This document shows positions 46,675-55,460 of a stretch of 64,000 bases of DNA, piece by piece. The position numbers and the translations under genes are program-made. Location of the stretch: positions 1 through 64,000 of the forward strand of contig CAZWDO010000014.1 of assembly GCA_964632485.1 (NCBI GenBank), written 5' to 3'. The first letter of the stretch is position 1; each line of letters begins with the position of its first letter. This DNA is from an uncultured bacterium. GTDB taxonomy: Bacteria > JAGOEH01. The notes under the pieces are model-generated. The model made no database searches. It was not told where the DNA came from and saw nothing but the letters and a program-made list of their open reading frames with translations.

Positions 46675-49455
46675 TTAATGGATAACAAGTATTTTGTGGG
46701 TGAGTGTTTCCTGTGGAAACTTCAAAACAAAAAAATAAATACCGGCGGGCAGGTGGCGGATATCAATCTGAGCGGAAGCGATATTACTTTTGGGAGGATT
46801 GCATGGAATCCGTTGTCCCATAATGTTGTAGAGGTTGATTATCGGCTGGGTTTGGGACGGATTATGCCAGTTGATAGTTACGATATCACTCGCTGGGTTC
46901 GGGTAGGCTCTGCAGATCAGTTTACGCGTATTGACTGCGGATTCGGAAATGGCGACCGTTTTTTGCCAGTTTCGCGCAGATTGGAGATTTTGCCGCAGTG
47001 CGGCGGAGTCATCCGCTATCGTGAGTAACCAGGTAAAGTGGAGAGGTTCTGTCTCGCCTGCCCATTCCGCCTTGCCCTCGTTGGTGGCGCTGAGGATGGT
47101 ATAATAATCACCTTCTCCGTTATGAATTACGGTTGAATCAAATAAGTTTCGCTGGGTGGCCGTATCGGTTATACTGTAGAAATTGGTTATAGCGGCTGCC
47201 TGAATGCCGGAACCTTCCAGAAAAGTCTGCCCGGCATAGATAGTATTGGCCGGGTGAGTATAGGATTGGATCAGGAAATGATTGGTTGTATCGTAATAGG
47301 CGAGGTTGGCGCCGGAATCTATCAAGTCCAGGTCCAACATAAATGCAACGCGGGGATGTTGGAGCGGATTGGCATAGGTGTGGGTCAATTCATAGTCCAC
47401 CAGCATAAAACTGCTGTCGCGGGGGGCTTTCACTGTTTGTGTCACACTAACTGCGCCGTCCTGCCAGGAAAAGCTATAGTGGGCTGTAGCCATGGTGTTG
47501 CCACTATTATCCACTGAATCGTGGAATAAAGACAAAATGCGCCAATCCGAAAGGGTCGTCGGGTTATTGCGCACGGTTCCGTCCACCAGGGGATAATTGT
47601 CAGCGGTAAAACAAAACGCCCCGCTGTACAGGAGGCCAAAGGCTTCGTTATACGAAAGTCCATCTCCCAGTTGATATGCAGCATAATCGTGATATTTTTG
47701 GGTATTGCTGGTATTTTCATTATGGCCAATCAGTCCGCTGGAAGAAAATGCGCAACTGAGGCGGTGGGTGGAATAGGTGCGGAAGAGCGGGTTGAGCGGA
47801 GTTTCCATACTGTATTGGTAATGGAAAAGTAGTGAATCCTGGTGGTAAAGATTTAATGCCAATTGGGTGATAGTTTCGAAAGGGCACGTTTCCGGCACTG
47901 CTATTTCGCAGAAGGAAGATTGCCAATGCCCCATGGGTTCGATTAAAGGGATCTCAACAGCGGCAGGAGTGATCTCCAGTGGATCGGTCAGGCTGCCGAT
48001 GGCCAATTGCCCCCCGCTAAGCGTATCGCCGGCATTAGTGAGAAATATCTGCAGCGTGGCGGATTCTCCGGGAGCCAGCGATTGTCTGGCTGGTTCCCAG
48101 ACAATGGAGTCAAGTATGATGAGTGGCGCATCCGTTGAGAATCGGAATGCGCGATCCAATAGCATATTTCCGTAACCCAGACTATAGGCCGGAATATAGG
48201 GATTTAATGCATCCACTGAAGCTGAACTTTGTTCGAGCAGAGTGAGAATGGCGGGTCCGGGGAGATGGGGTAAATAGTCCCATAAGAGCGAAGCTACCGA
48301 AGCGGCAATCGGCGAACTGATTGAAGTTCCCCCGACATACCCATAGCTGCCCGTCAACCCGCCGCCAGGTAGGGTAGTATATTGGGAAGATGGTGCGCAT
48401 AAATCAACCCATGGGCCATATACACTGGTCTGGTTCTGATTCTGGTTGTTGATTCCCGTGATGGCGATGGCCTCGGGATATGCTGCAGGGTAATACTTCA
48501 CATAGTTGTTTTCATTGCCAGCGGAACAGAAAACCAATACGCCCCTTTCCCAGGCTTCACGGATGATATATTCCAATGCCGGAGTAGGTGATATGCCACC
48601 ATAACTGAAGTTGATGATCTTCGCTCCCATCTGCAATGCATAATCGAATCCCGCCACAGCATCACTTTCTTTGGCGGTGACACCAATCCCGGAGGGCGGC
48701 GCATAACCGATGCGAACCGGGTAGTAACGTCCTTCCCAATTGCTTGCGGCAATGCCGATCCCGTTGTTGGCTACCCCGGCAACGGCTCCGGCGACGGCCG
48801 TCCCATGGGCGGCGCAATCTATCGGATCATTGTCCGGCGGATATCCGTCGCCATTATTCGTCTGCGATGGATCGATGGTGACAAAATCATATCCAATCGT
48901 ATCATCCACATAACCGTTGTTATCATCATCAATATTATTAAAGGCGATCTCACCGGGATTGCGCCACAGCGCATTGGCTAAATCCGGATGTCGGTAGTCG
49001 ACCCCCGAATCGAGAATATAGACCGGATGCTCACCGGAACCGGTAAAATAATCCCACACCGGTACAACTCCCATGGTTTCAAAATGCCATTGCAGGACAT
49101 AAAAAGGATCATTGGGAATTGTTGTCTGGGCGGCAAGGTAATGATTATAATAAATTTCCCAGCCGTCGCGCCGCAACTGGTAATATGCCTCGTCAATTCG
49201 GGTGGCCGGTGGAATTTTTAAAAGATACAGCGTCCCATCTTTCCCCCCGGACTTCATTAGGGGATGGCTTAATTCATATCCGGGGAGTGCCTGGCGGATT
49301 TTTCCCAGTTGCGTTGAACGCGGAAGCTTAATAATCAGTTCCCGCGGGTCGATATCGGATATTTTCCCCGCTTGGGTTAGTGTTGACATCCAAACAATAA
49401 AAATGATCAGAAATTGCTTATTGATCTGCTTTGAATTCTTCCATTTTTTGAGCAA
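46675..49455 (-). CDS. Secreted S8 (subtilisin-like) serine protease with T9SS-type C-terminal sorting-like domain
   Basis: Triad ILDSG, HGTAVAG, GTSISSP plus SAGN; IDDDNNGYVDD insert; C-terminus AYPNPASD..LYNIMGQRI..LPAGIYF. TTG 49455 follows GGAG and gives a signal peptide. Confidence 0.92.
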   Translation of the reverse strand: MLKKWKNSKQINKQFLIIFIVWMSTLTQAGKISDIDPRELIIKLPRSTQLGKIRQALPGYELSHPLMKSGGKDGTLYLLKIPPATRIDEAYYQLRRDGWEIYYNHYLAAQTTIPNDPFYVLQWHFETMGVVPVWDYFTGSGEHPVYILDSGVDYRHPDLANALWRNPGEIAFNNIDDDNNGYVDDTIGYDFVTIDPSQTNNGDGYPPDNDPIDCAAHGTAVAGAVAGVANNGIGIAASNWEGRYYPVRIGYAPPSGIGVTAKESDAVAGFDYALQMGAKIINFSYGGISPTPALEYIIREAWERGVLVFCSAGNENNYVKYYPAAYPEAIAITGINNQNQNQTSVYGPWVDLCAPSSQYTTLPGGGLTGSYGYVGGTSISSPIAASVASLLWDYLPHLPGPAILTLLEQSSASVDALNPYIPAYSLGYGNMLLDRAFRFSTDAPLIILDSIVWEPARQSLAPGESATLQIFLTNAGDTLSGGQLAIGSLTDPLEITPAAVEIPLIEPMGHWQSSFCEIAVPETCPFETITQLALNLYHQDSLLFHYQYSMETPLNPLFRTYSTHRLSCAFSSSGLIGHNENTSNTQKYHDYAAYQLGDGLSYNEAFGLLYSGAFCFTADNYPLVDGTVRNNPTTLSDWRILSLFHDSVDNSGNTMATAHYSFSWQDGAVSVTQTVKAPRDSSFMLVDYELTHTYANPLQHPRVAFMLDLDLIDSGANLAYYDTTNHFLIQSYTHPANTIYAGQTFLEGSGIQAAAITNFYSITDTATQRNLFDSTVIHNGEGDYYTILSATNEGKAEWAGETEPLHFTWLLTIADDSAALRQNLQSARNWQKTVAISESAVNTRKLICRAYPNPASDIVTINWHNPSQTQPIINLYNIMGQRIPCNPPKSNIASAQIDIRHLPAGIYFFVLKFPQETLTHKILVIH

Positions 49456-49723
49456 TTTTAAACTCCATCTCTTCTGAATATTGGCGGCGCATAGCCTGTA
49501 TTTCATTTTCAAATTGGTGGCGATGTTCAGAGGCTTCTTCGGGGGATAGCGCCTGAATGCGTGAACGGGCCATAATCTCGGTTTCAGCAATTTTTGCCTG
49601 ATAATGGGTACGAATATGATCGATACTTTCTTTTTGCTCGGCGGTTAGTTTGATAATATCTTGGGGCTCCACGATCCTGTCTGATCGTTCCATCGCCAGA
49701 TCTAAAGCTGATTTTAAAGACAT
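49418..49723 (-). CDS. Small helical hypothetical protein
   Basis: AAGGAGG RBS; MSLKSALDLAMER N-terminus, charged coiled-coil character. Confidence 0.78.
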   Translation of the reverse strand: MSLKSALDLAMERSDRIVEPQDIIKLTAEQKESIDHIRTHYQAKIAETEIMARSRIQALSPEEASEHRHQFENEIQAMRRQYSEEMEFKIAQKMEEFKADQ

Positions 49724-49915
49724 CGTTGCCTCCTTTTATACAGATTACCTTTTATTTTAACTAAAATCCTCCGAAAAAACAAGAAAAAAATTATGGTTTT
49801 TTTGTTATGGGATTAATATTTAAATAAATTTTGAGTAATTTTGTGAAATCAGTTTAATCCTTTTATAAGACAATATATCATTTCATTCGGTGATGGGCGC
49901 GATTAAAAATTTATC

Positions 49916-49944
49916 TTGACAAATAGATATAAAATCAGTATTAT
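49916..49944 (+). promoter_or_regulatory. sigma70-type promoter of the clpP-glgB operon
   Basis: TTGACA-N17-TATTAT, ~240 nt upstream of the clpP ATG. Confidence 0.65.
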
Positions 49945-49950
49945 GTTAGT

Positions 49951-50175
49951 ACATGCCGTAATGAGCATGTTTTGGTTTCATTTAATCAGTTCTATAATAG
50001 AGTTCGTCCATTAACTCTCCTCTTACGTTATTATGGCGTAGGGAGGAATCCGTGGATTGTCCATAAGTTTATCAGTGGATAGTCGGACGGCGTCCGAAAA
50101 AACATGACGTCGTATTGCTAACGATGAGCGGTTGTGGAAAGACTCTGAATAACCACATTCAAAGCAATAAGGAGT
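49951..50175 (+). ncRNA. Candidate structured 5' leader of clpP (family unknown)
   Basis: Five consecutive stem-loops with G-U pairs that favour the plus strand; see findings. Confidence 0.4.
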
Positions 50176-50181
50176 TTATTT

Positions 50182-50760
50182 ATGCTGGAGAATCCGGAGA
50201 GCCAGGAACGTCAGGAAAATAATGGAATGATGGAACGATTGTTGAAAACACGTTCAATAATAATAGCCGGGGATGTCAATCAAAAATTAGTGGAACGGGT
50301 TACCCGGGAACTGTTAATATTGCAGGACGATAATGACCAGCCGATCCGGGTGTATATCAATTCTCAGGGCGGTCATGTTGAGTCGGGCGACACGATTTTT
50401 GATCTGTTCCGGTTTATTAAGCCGGAGATCGTGGTTATCGGGACGGGATGGGTCGCCAGCGCAGCCATCACGATTTTTTTAGGAGCAGAGAAGAAGAATC
50501 GTTATTCTCTGCCCAATACCCGCTATCTGATCCATCAGCCTGCCGGGGGTGTAATGGGTTCCGCCCTTGATATCAAAATCGAGGCGGAAGAGATCATAAA
50601 AATCCGTAAGCGAGTGAATGAGATCATCAGTGAACGGACAGGGCAAGCGTTATCGAAAGTGGAGCAGGATACGGAACGTAATTTCTGGATGAACGCCAAA
50701 GAGGCGCGTGAATATGGGATTGTGAACAAAATTATCGTTTCGCAAACTGAAATTGATTAA
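50182..50760 (+). CDS. clpP: ATP-dependent Clp protease proteolytic subunit
   Basis: YINSQGGHV, GWVASAA (Ser), PNTRYLIHQP (His), DTERNFWM..EAREYGIV. Confidence 0.95.
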   Translation: MLENPESQERQENNGMMERLLKTRSIIIAGDVNQKLVERVTRELLILQDDNDQPIRVYINSQGGHVESGDTIFDLFRFIKPEIVVIGTGWVASAAITIFLGAEKKNRYSLPNTRYLIHQPAGGVMGSALDIKIEAEEIIKIRKRVNEIISERTGQALSKVEQDTERNFWMNAKEAREYGIVNKIIVSQTEID

Positions 50761-50774
50761 ATGGGAGGCCGTTT

Positions 50775-52997
50775 ATGGCACAGAACGCTAAGCAGTATTC
50801 TTTGACGATGGATCAGATTGATGCGGTGGTTAATGCGCGTTTGAGTGATCCTTTTCAATGGCTGGGTCAGCATTTTTTCGATCCGGAGCATCAAAAGGGC
50901 GTAGTCGTGCGGACTTTCCAACCTCATTGTCAATCTGTCGTTTTAAAGAGCAAAACTCTAAAGAAACCACTAAAAATGGAAAAGATTGATGACCGGGGTC
51001 TATATGAAATATTTTTGCCCCGGCAAACCCAGTTTATCAGCTATACATATATCTTAGAATTTATGGGTGGACAGGAAGTGGAAGTTGAAGACCCTTATCG
51101 GTTTTTGCCGGTGCTGAGTGAATGGGACCTTCATCTTTTTAGTGAGGGGCAGCATCATCATATTTATCGACATTTGGGAGCGCATCCGATGGAGATTGAA
51201 GGATGCCAGGGAGTATTTTTCGCAGTTTGGGCCCCGAATGCTGCGCGAATCAGTGTCGTGGGCGATTTCAACCAATGGGATGGTCGTTGCCACTCAATGC
51301 GGATTCGTGGACAGAGCGGGGTATGGGAACTGTTTATCCCGGGATTGCGTGAAGGAACTCTTTATAAATTCGAGCTTTCTACCGGTGTTGGCCTACCCTT
51401 TTTAAAAACCGATCCCTATGGCGTCTTCCAGGAAATGCGTCCGAAAAATGCCTCGATTGTCTATCAATCTTCATATCGCTGGCGCGATCATGACTATATG
51501 ACTCGCAGGCAGGATGGTAAATTTTTAAATAAAGCCATCAATATCTATGAAGTGCACCTCGCTTCCTGGCGTCATAAGATAGAAGAAGAGAACCGGTCGC
51601 TAAGTTATCGCGAACTGGCAGATCAATTAGTTACTTATGTTAAAGATATGGGTTATACACATTTGGAATTAATGCCCATTGCCGAGTATCCCCTGGATGA
51701 TTCCTGGGGCTACCAGGTTACGGGTTATTACGCGATTACCAGCCGTTTTGGAACCCCCGATGACCTGCGCTATTTAATTGATCAATGCCATGCCTGTGGC
51801 ATAGGAGTAATTTTAGACTGGGTTCCCGGACATTTTCCCAAAGATGCCTTTGGCCTGGCGCGTTTTGATGGTACTCCACTTTATGAACATCAGGATCCCA
51901 AAGAAGGCGAACATCCTGATTGGGGTACGTTGATTTTTAACTATGGACGCAACGAAGTACTTAATTTTCTAATATCCAATGCCATCTATTGGCTGAATGA
52001 GTTCCATTTTGACGGATTGCGCGTGGATGCCGTCGCTTCGATGCTTTATCGCGACTATGGAAAAAATGATGGCGAATGGGTCCCGAATATGTATGGCGGC
52101 AATGAAAATCTGGAAGCAATCCATTTTATGCGCAAAGTCAATGAAGTCGTTTACAGCTACTATCCCAATGCGCTGATGATTGCCGAGGAATCGACAGCTT
52201 TCCCCAACGTTAGCCGACCGGTGTATTTGGGTGGACTGGGATTTGGCTTCAAATGGAATATGGGCTGGATGCATGACAGTCTGCTTTATTTTTCCAAAGA
52301 CCCGGTGCATCGTAAATATCATCATAATAATCTCACTTTTTCTCTCTGGTACGCGTTCACTGAAAATTTTGTATTGGTAATTTCCCATGATGAAGTCGTT
52401 TATGGTAAAGGTTCTTTGTTGAACAAAATGCCCGGTGATTTGTGGCAAAAATTTGCTAATCTGCGTCTTTTTTTTATGTTTATGATGACTCATCCCGGTA
52501 AAAAACTAATGTTTATGGGTTCGGAATTCGGCCAGTGGAATGAGTGGAATTTCAGGTCCAGTCTGGACTGGCATCTGTTGGACGTAACCCCCCATCGCAA
52601 AATTCACCAGTTTGTCAGGGACTTGAATCATCTCTATCTCAATGAAAAACCACTCTGGGAAAATGATTTTGATCCCCGGGGTTTCGAATGGATCGATTAC
52701 CATGATGCCGACCAATCAATTATATCCTATATCCGCTGGGACCAGGAACGGAAATATCCGTTGATTATTATTCTGAACTGCACCCCTGTTCCTCATTATC
52801 AGTACCGTATTGGCGTGCCTGTTTTGGCTGATTATCGGGAGATGATCAATTCCGATTCCGCCTGGTACTGGGGATCGAATGTTGGCAATGGCGGCGGCGG
52901 AGCCGCTGACATGATTGCCTGGCAAGGCCAACCGTTTTCACTCTCGCTGAACGTTCCGCCCTTGGGAGCCTTGATTCTAAAGCCAGTTCATCCCTGA
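50775..52997 (+). CDS. glgB: 1,4-alpha-glucan branching enzyme
   Basis: FAVWAPNA, IYEVHLASW, SWGYQVTGY, DWVPGHFP, RVDAVASMLY, AEEST, SHDEVV. Confidence 0.98.
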   Translation: MAQNAKQYSLTMDQIDAVVNARLSDPFQWLGQHFFDPEHQKGVVVRTFQPHCQSVVLKSKTLKKPLKMEKIDDRGLYEIFLPRQTQFISYTYILEFMGGQEVEVEDPYRFLPVLSEWDLHLFSEGQHHHIYRHLGAHPMEIEGCQGVFFAVWAPNAARISVVGDFNQWDGRCHSMRIRGQSGVWELFIPGLREGTLYKFELSTGVGLPFLKTDPYGVFQEMRPKNASIVYQSSYRWRDHDYMTRRQDGKFLNKAINIYEVHLASWRHKIEEENRSLSYRELADQLVTYVKDMGYTHLELMPIAEYPLDDSWGYQVTGYYAITSRFGTPDDLRYLIDQCHACGIGVILDWVPGHFPKDAFGLARFDGTPLYEHQDPKEGEHPDWGTLIFNYGRNEVLNFLISNAIYWLNEFHFDGLRVDAVASMLYRDYGKNDGEWVPNMYGGNENLEAIHFMRKVNEVVYSYYPNALMIAEESTAFPNVSRPVYLGGLGFGFKWNMGWMHDSLLYFSKDPVHRKYHHNNLTFSLWYAFTENFVLVISHDEVVYGKGSLLNKMPGDLWQKFANLRLFFMFMMTHPGKKLMFMGSEFGQWNEWNFRSSLDWHLLDVTPHRKIHQFVRDLNHLYLNEKPLWENDFDPRGFEWIDYHDADQSIISYIRWDQERKYPLIIILNCTPVPHYQYRIGVPVLADYREMINSDSAWYWGSNVGNGGGGAADMIAWQGQPFSLSLNVPPLGALILKPVHP

Positions 52998-53004
52998 ACC
53001 GACC

Positions 53005-54222
53005 ATGTTGGCATTTTTCTTCCTGCTTTTTTTATTAGCGCTATCGGCTCTTTTTTCCGGTTCCGAGGCCGCTATTTTTTCATTATCCCCCAGCAACCTG
53101 GAATGTATTAAAAAAAGCAATCCCCGCCAATATCTTCGGCTGAAATTTTTTAAAAACAATATTAATCCCACCCTGATTACACTGTTGATAGGCAATCTGG
53201 TTGTCAATATCGGCGCCAGTAGTTTTGCCGCCCAGTTGGCGTCGGCAATATTCCCCGAGCATGGTCTCGATTACTCAATGGTAGTCATGACCTTCATTAT
53301 CATTATTGTGGGCGAGATAACGCCTAAAGTCTATGCCATCAAATACAACCTCCAATTGTTGCGTTTTTCGGCCCCGTTAGTCCAGTTTTGCTACTATTCT
53401 TTTTATCTATTCAGTCAGCCTTTGAATTATATCTCCCGTCTTTTCATCAAAACAAATGCCCCGTTGCGCGAATCCTATTCCTCCACCGAACTTCAAAAAG
53501 TTCTGGAAATCAGTTTTCAAAATGGGGAAATCAATATTTGGGAAAAAAAATTGGTTTCCCGTATTCTGGAGATGGAAAACATGCGTTTGTCTGAGTTGAT
53601 GATCCCCAGAATGAAAGTAATTGGCCTCGATTTGTCATTAAAACCGATCAGCTATGTATGGGAAATTTATCGAAATCACCGTATCCAGAAAATTCCTGTA
53701 TTTCACGATAATCTTGAAAATATTGAAGGTATCTTATATATTAAAACCATTATTGGTCTGTCGGAAACAGAACTTAATCGGAATTACCATAAATATTTGC
53801 GTAAACCGGTCTATATGCCCGAATCAAAGCGAGTGATCAAAGCGTTACGTGAATTTCAGCAAACTCAACGCTATTTCGCTCTTGTTTTTGATGAATACGG
53901 CTCAGTTTCCGGTATTGTTACCCTGAACCATATTCTGACTTCTTTTATGGATAAATATATTCCAAATATTGATGAAACATTTTATCAAAAAATTGGGCCT
54001 AACACCCTACTTGTGAAGGGCGATTTAACCCTGTCTGCCTTCAACCACCTTTTTGAATGCAATTTACAGGATGATTACTATGAAAGTATTGGCGGTTATT
54101 TGCTCAACTGCTTGGGGCACATCCCTAAAAAAGAGGAAACGATTATACGCGATGGTATCCGGTTCACCGTTCTTGATGCTGATAGCACCCGTATTTTGAA
54201 AATCAGGGCGAAAAAACAATGA
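53005..54222 (+). CDS. CNNM/CorC-HlyC (DUF21 + CBS pair + CorC_HlyC) membrane protein
   Basis: SALFSGSEAA, LLIGNLVVNI, GEITPK, MIPR, DEYGSVSGIVTL, YESIGGY. Confidence 0.93.
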   Translation: MLAFFFLLFLLALSALFSGSEAAIFSLSPSNLECIKKSNPRQYLRLKFFKNNINPTLITLLIGNLVVNIGASSFAAQLASAIFPEHGLDYSMVVMTFIIIIVGEITPKVYAIKYNLQLLRFSAPLVQFCYYSFYLFSQPLNYISRLFIKTNAPLRESYSSTELQKVLEISFQNGEINIWEKKLVSRILEMENMRLSELMIPRMKVIGLDLSLKPISYVWEIYRNHRIQKIPVFHDNLENIEGILYIKTIIGLSETELNRNYHKYLRKPVYMPESKRVIKALREFQQTQRYFALVFDEYGSVSGIVTLNHILTSFMDKYIPNIDETFYQKIGPNTLLVKGDLTLSAFNHLFECNLQDDYYESIGGYLLNCLGHIPKKEETIIRDGIRFTVLDADSTRILKIRAKKQ

Positions 54223-55460
54223 ATTATTGGCTGGAATTAAGTGTCGTCATTTTTTTATTAGTCCTGCAATCGATCCTCTGCGGTTTTGAAACTGCCGTTA
54301 TCGCTGTCGATCGGGTGAAATTGCATCAATTGGCTGAACAGGGAAAACGTTCTCATTTAATTCGCCATTTTCTGATGAAACCTGCCCGGGTGTTGACAAC
54401 CGCATTGATTGGCATTAATATCGCCGTAATCGGTAGTTCAACAATTTTGACCGGCGTAATGTTGAAAATTAATCCTATCTATGGGTCACTGCTTGCCACT
54501 CTCATTTTAACTCCAGTCGATTTGATTTTAGGTGAAATTTTACCCAAAATAATTTTTTATCAAAATCCGATGAAAAACAGCCTTTTTTGGGCGCCCTTTA
54601 TTCGATTTCTTTATTATCTGATCTGGCCTATTGTCTTTATCATCAACCATTTTTCACGTCTTATTTTTAAATTACTGCGAGTTCCCCATGATGACGATCA
54701 GTTATTCATCAGCCGTGAAGATATCAAATCGATTTTTTTTGCATATTTTCAAAGCGACTATCGACATGGAGAACATTACCCATTAATAGATAAAACATTG
54801 CGGATAAAGGAATTATCTGTCAAACAAATTATGATCCCTCTCAGAGAATTGCATGCTTTTTCTGAGCAATCATTAGCCGATGAGTTGATTCGTAACCTTG
54901 AAAAAAATAAATATAGCAATATCCCCATCTATAAAAATAGAATTGACCATCTCATCGGTTATGTTAATATTTTTGATTTGATCCAAACCCCTCCGACAGA
55001 GCCTATCCAACCCATTGTCCGTAAAACGATTATTATCCCTCCTAAACAGCCGGTAATTGAAACATTAGTGGAGATGTCGCGGCGCGAATTACCAATCGCA
55101 TTCATAACCGATGAGTTTGGCGGAATCGACGGGATGGTGACTTTGAAGGATATCTGGGAATTTATTACCGGAACGATTGTAGATGAAGTGGTAGAAGAGA
55201 GCTTTACACTAAAGGAAATCCGACAGGATGTGTTTGTTTTGGATGGTCGTCAGAAGATCATTGATTTGGAAGATAACCTGGGTTTGGAATTGCCACGGGG
55301 TGATTTTGAAACATTAAATGGTTTTATTATCAATTTTTTAGGCCGGATTCCGGCGATTGGCGAAATTCTTAAATATGGATCTTTTCAAATTACAATTTTG
55401 GAAGCGTCCGACCGCTATGTACATAAAGTTATCTTGAAACGAATTAATAGTGAGGGCTGA
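54219..55460 (+). CDS. CNNM/CorC-HlyC membrane protein, second copy
   Basis: GFETA, LIGINI, GEILPK, DEFGGIDGMVTLKD, FETLNGF; ATGA overlap with the first copy. Confidence 0.93.
   Translation: MNYWLELSVVIFLLVLQSILCGFETAVIAVDRVKLHQLAEQGKRSHLIRHFLMKPARVLTTALIGINIAVIGSSTILTGVMLKINPIYGSLLATLILTPVDLILGEILPKIIFYQNPMKNSLFWAPFIRFLYYLIWPIVFIINHFSRLIFKLLRVPHDDDQLFISREDIKSIFFAYFQSDYRHGEHYPLIDKTLRIKELSVKQIMIPLRELHAFSEQSLADELIRNLEKNKYSNIPIYKNRIDHLIGYVNIFDLIQTPPTEPIQPIVRKTIIIPPKQPVIETLVEMSRRELPIAFITDEFGGIDGMVTLKDIWEFITGTIVDEVVEESFTLKEIRQDVFVLDGRQKIIDLEDNLGLELPRGDFETLNGFIINFLGRIPAIGEILKYGSFQITILEASDRYVHKVILKRINSEG

Noticed and set aside
49456..49590. N-terminal 45 codons of the S8 ORF in the track
   Set aside because: They overlap the upstream gene in another frame; TTG 49455 has an RBS and yields a signal peptide.
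50041..50060. GGGAGGAATCC as the RNase P RNA P4 motif
   Set aside because: Does not match GAGGAAAGUCC, the 3' partner motif is absent and the region is too short.
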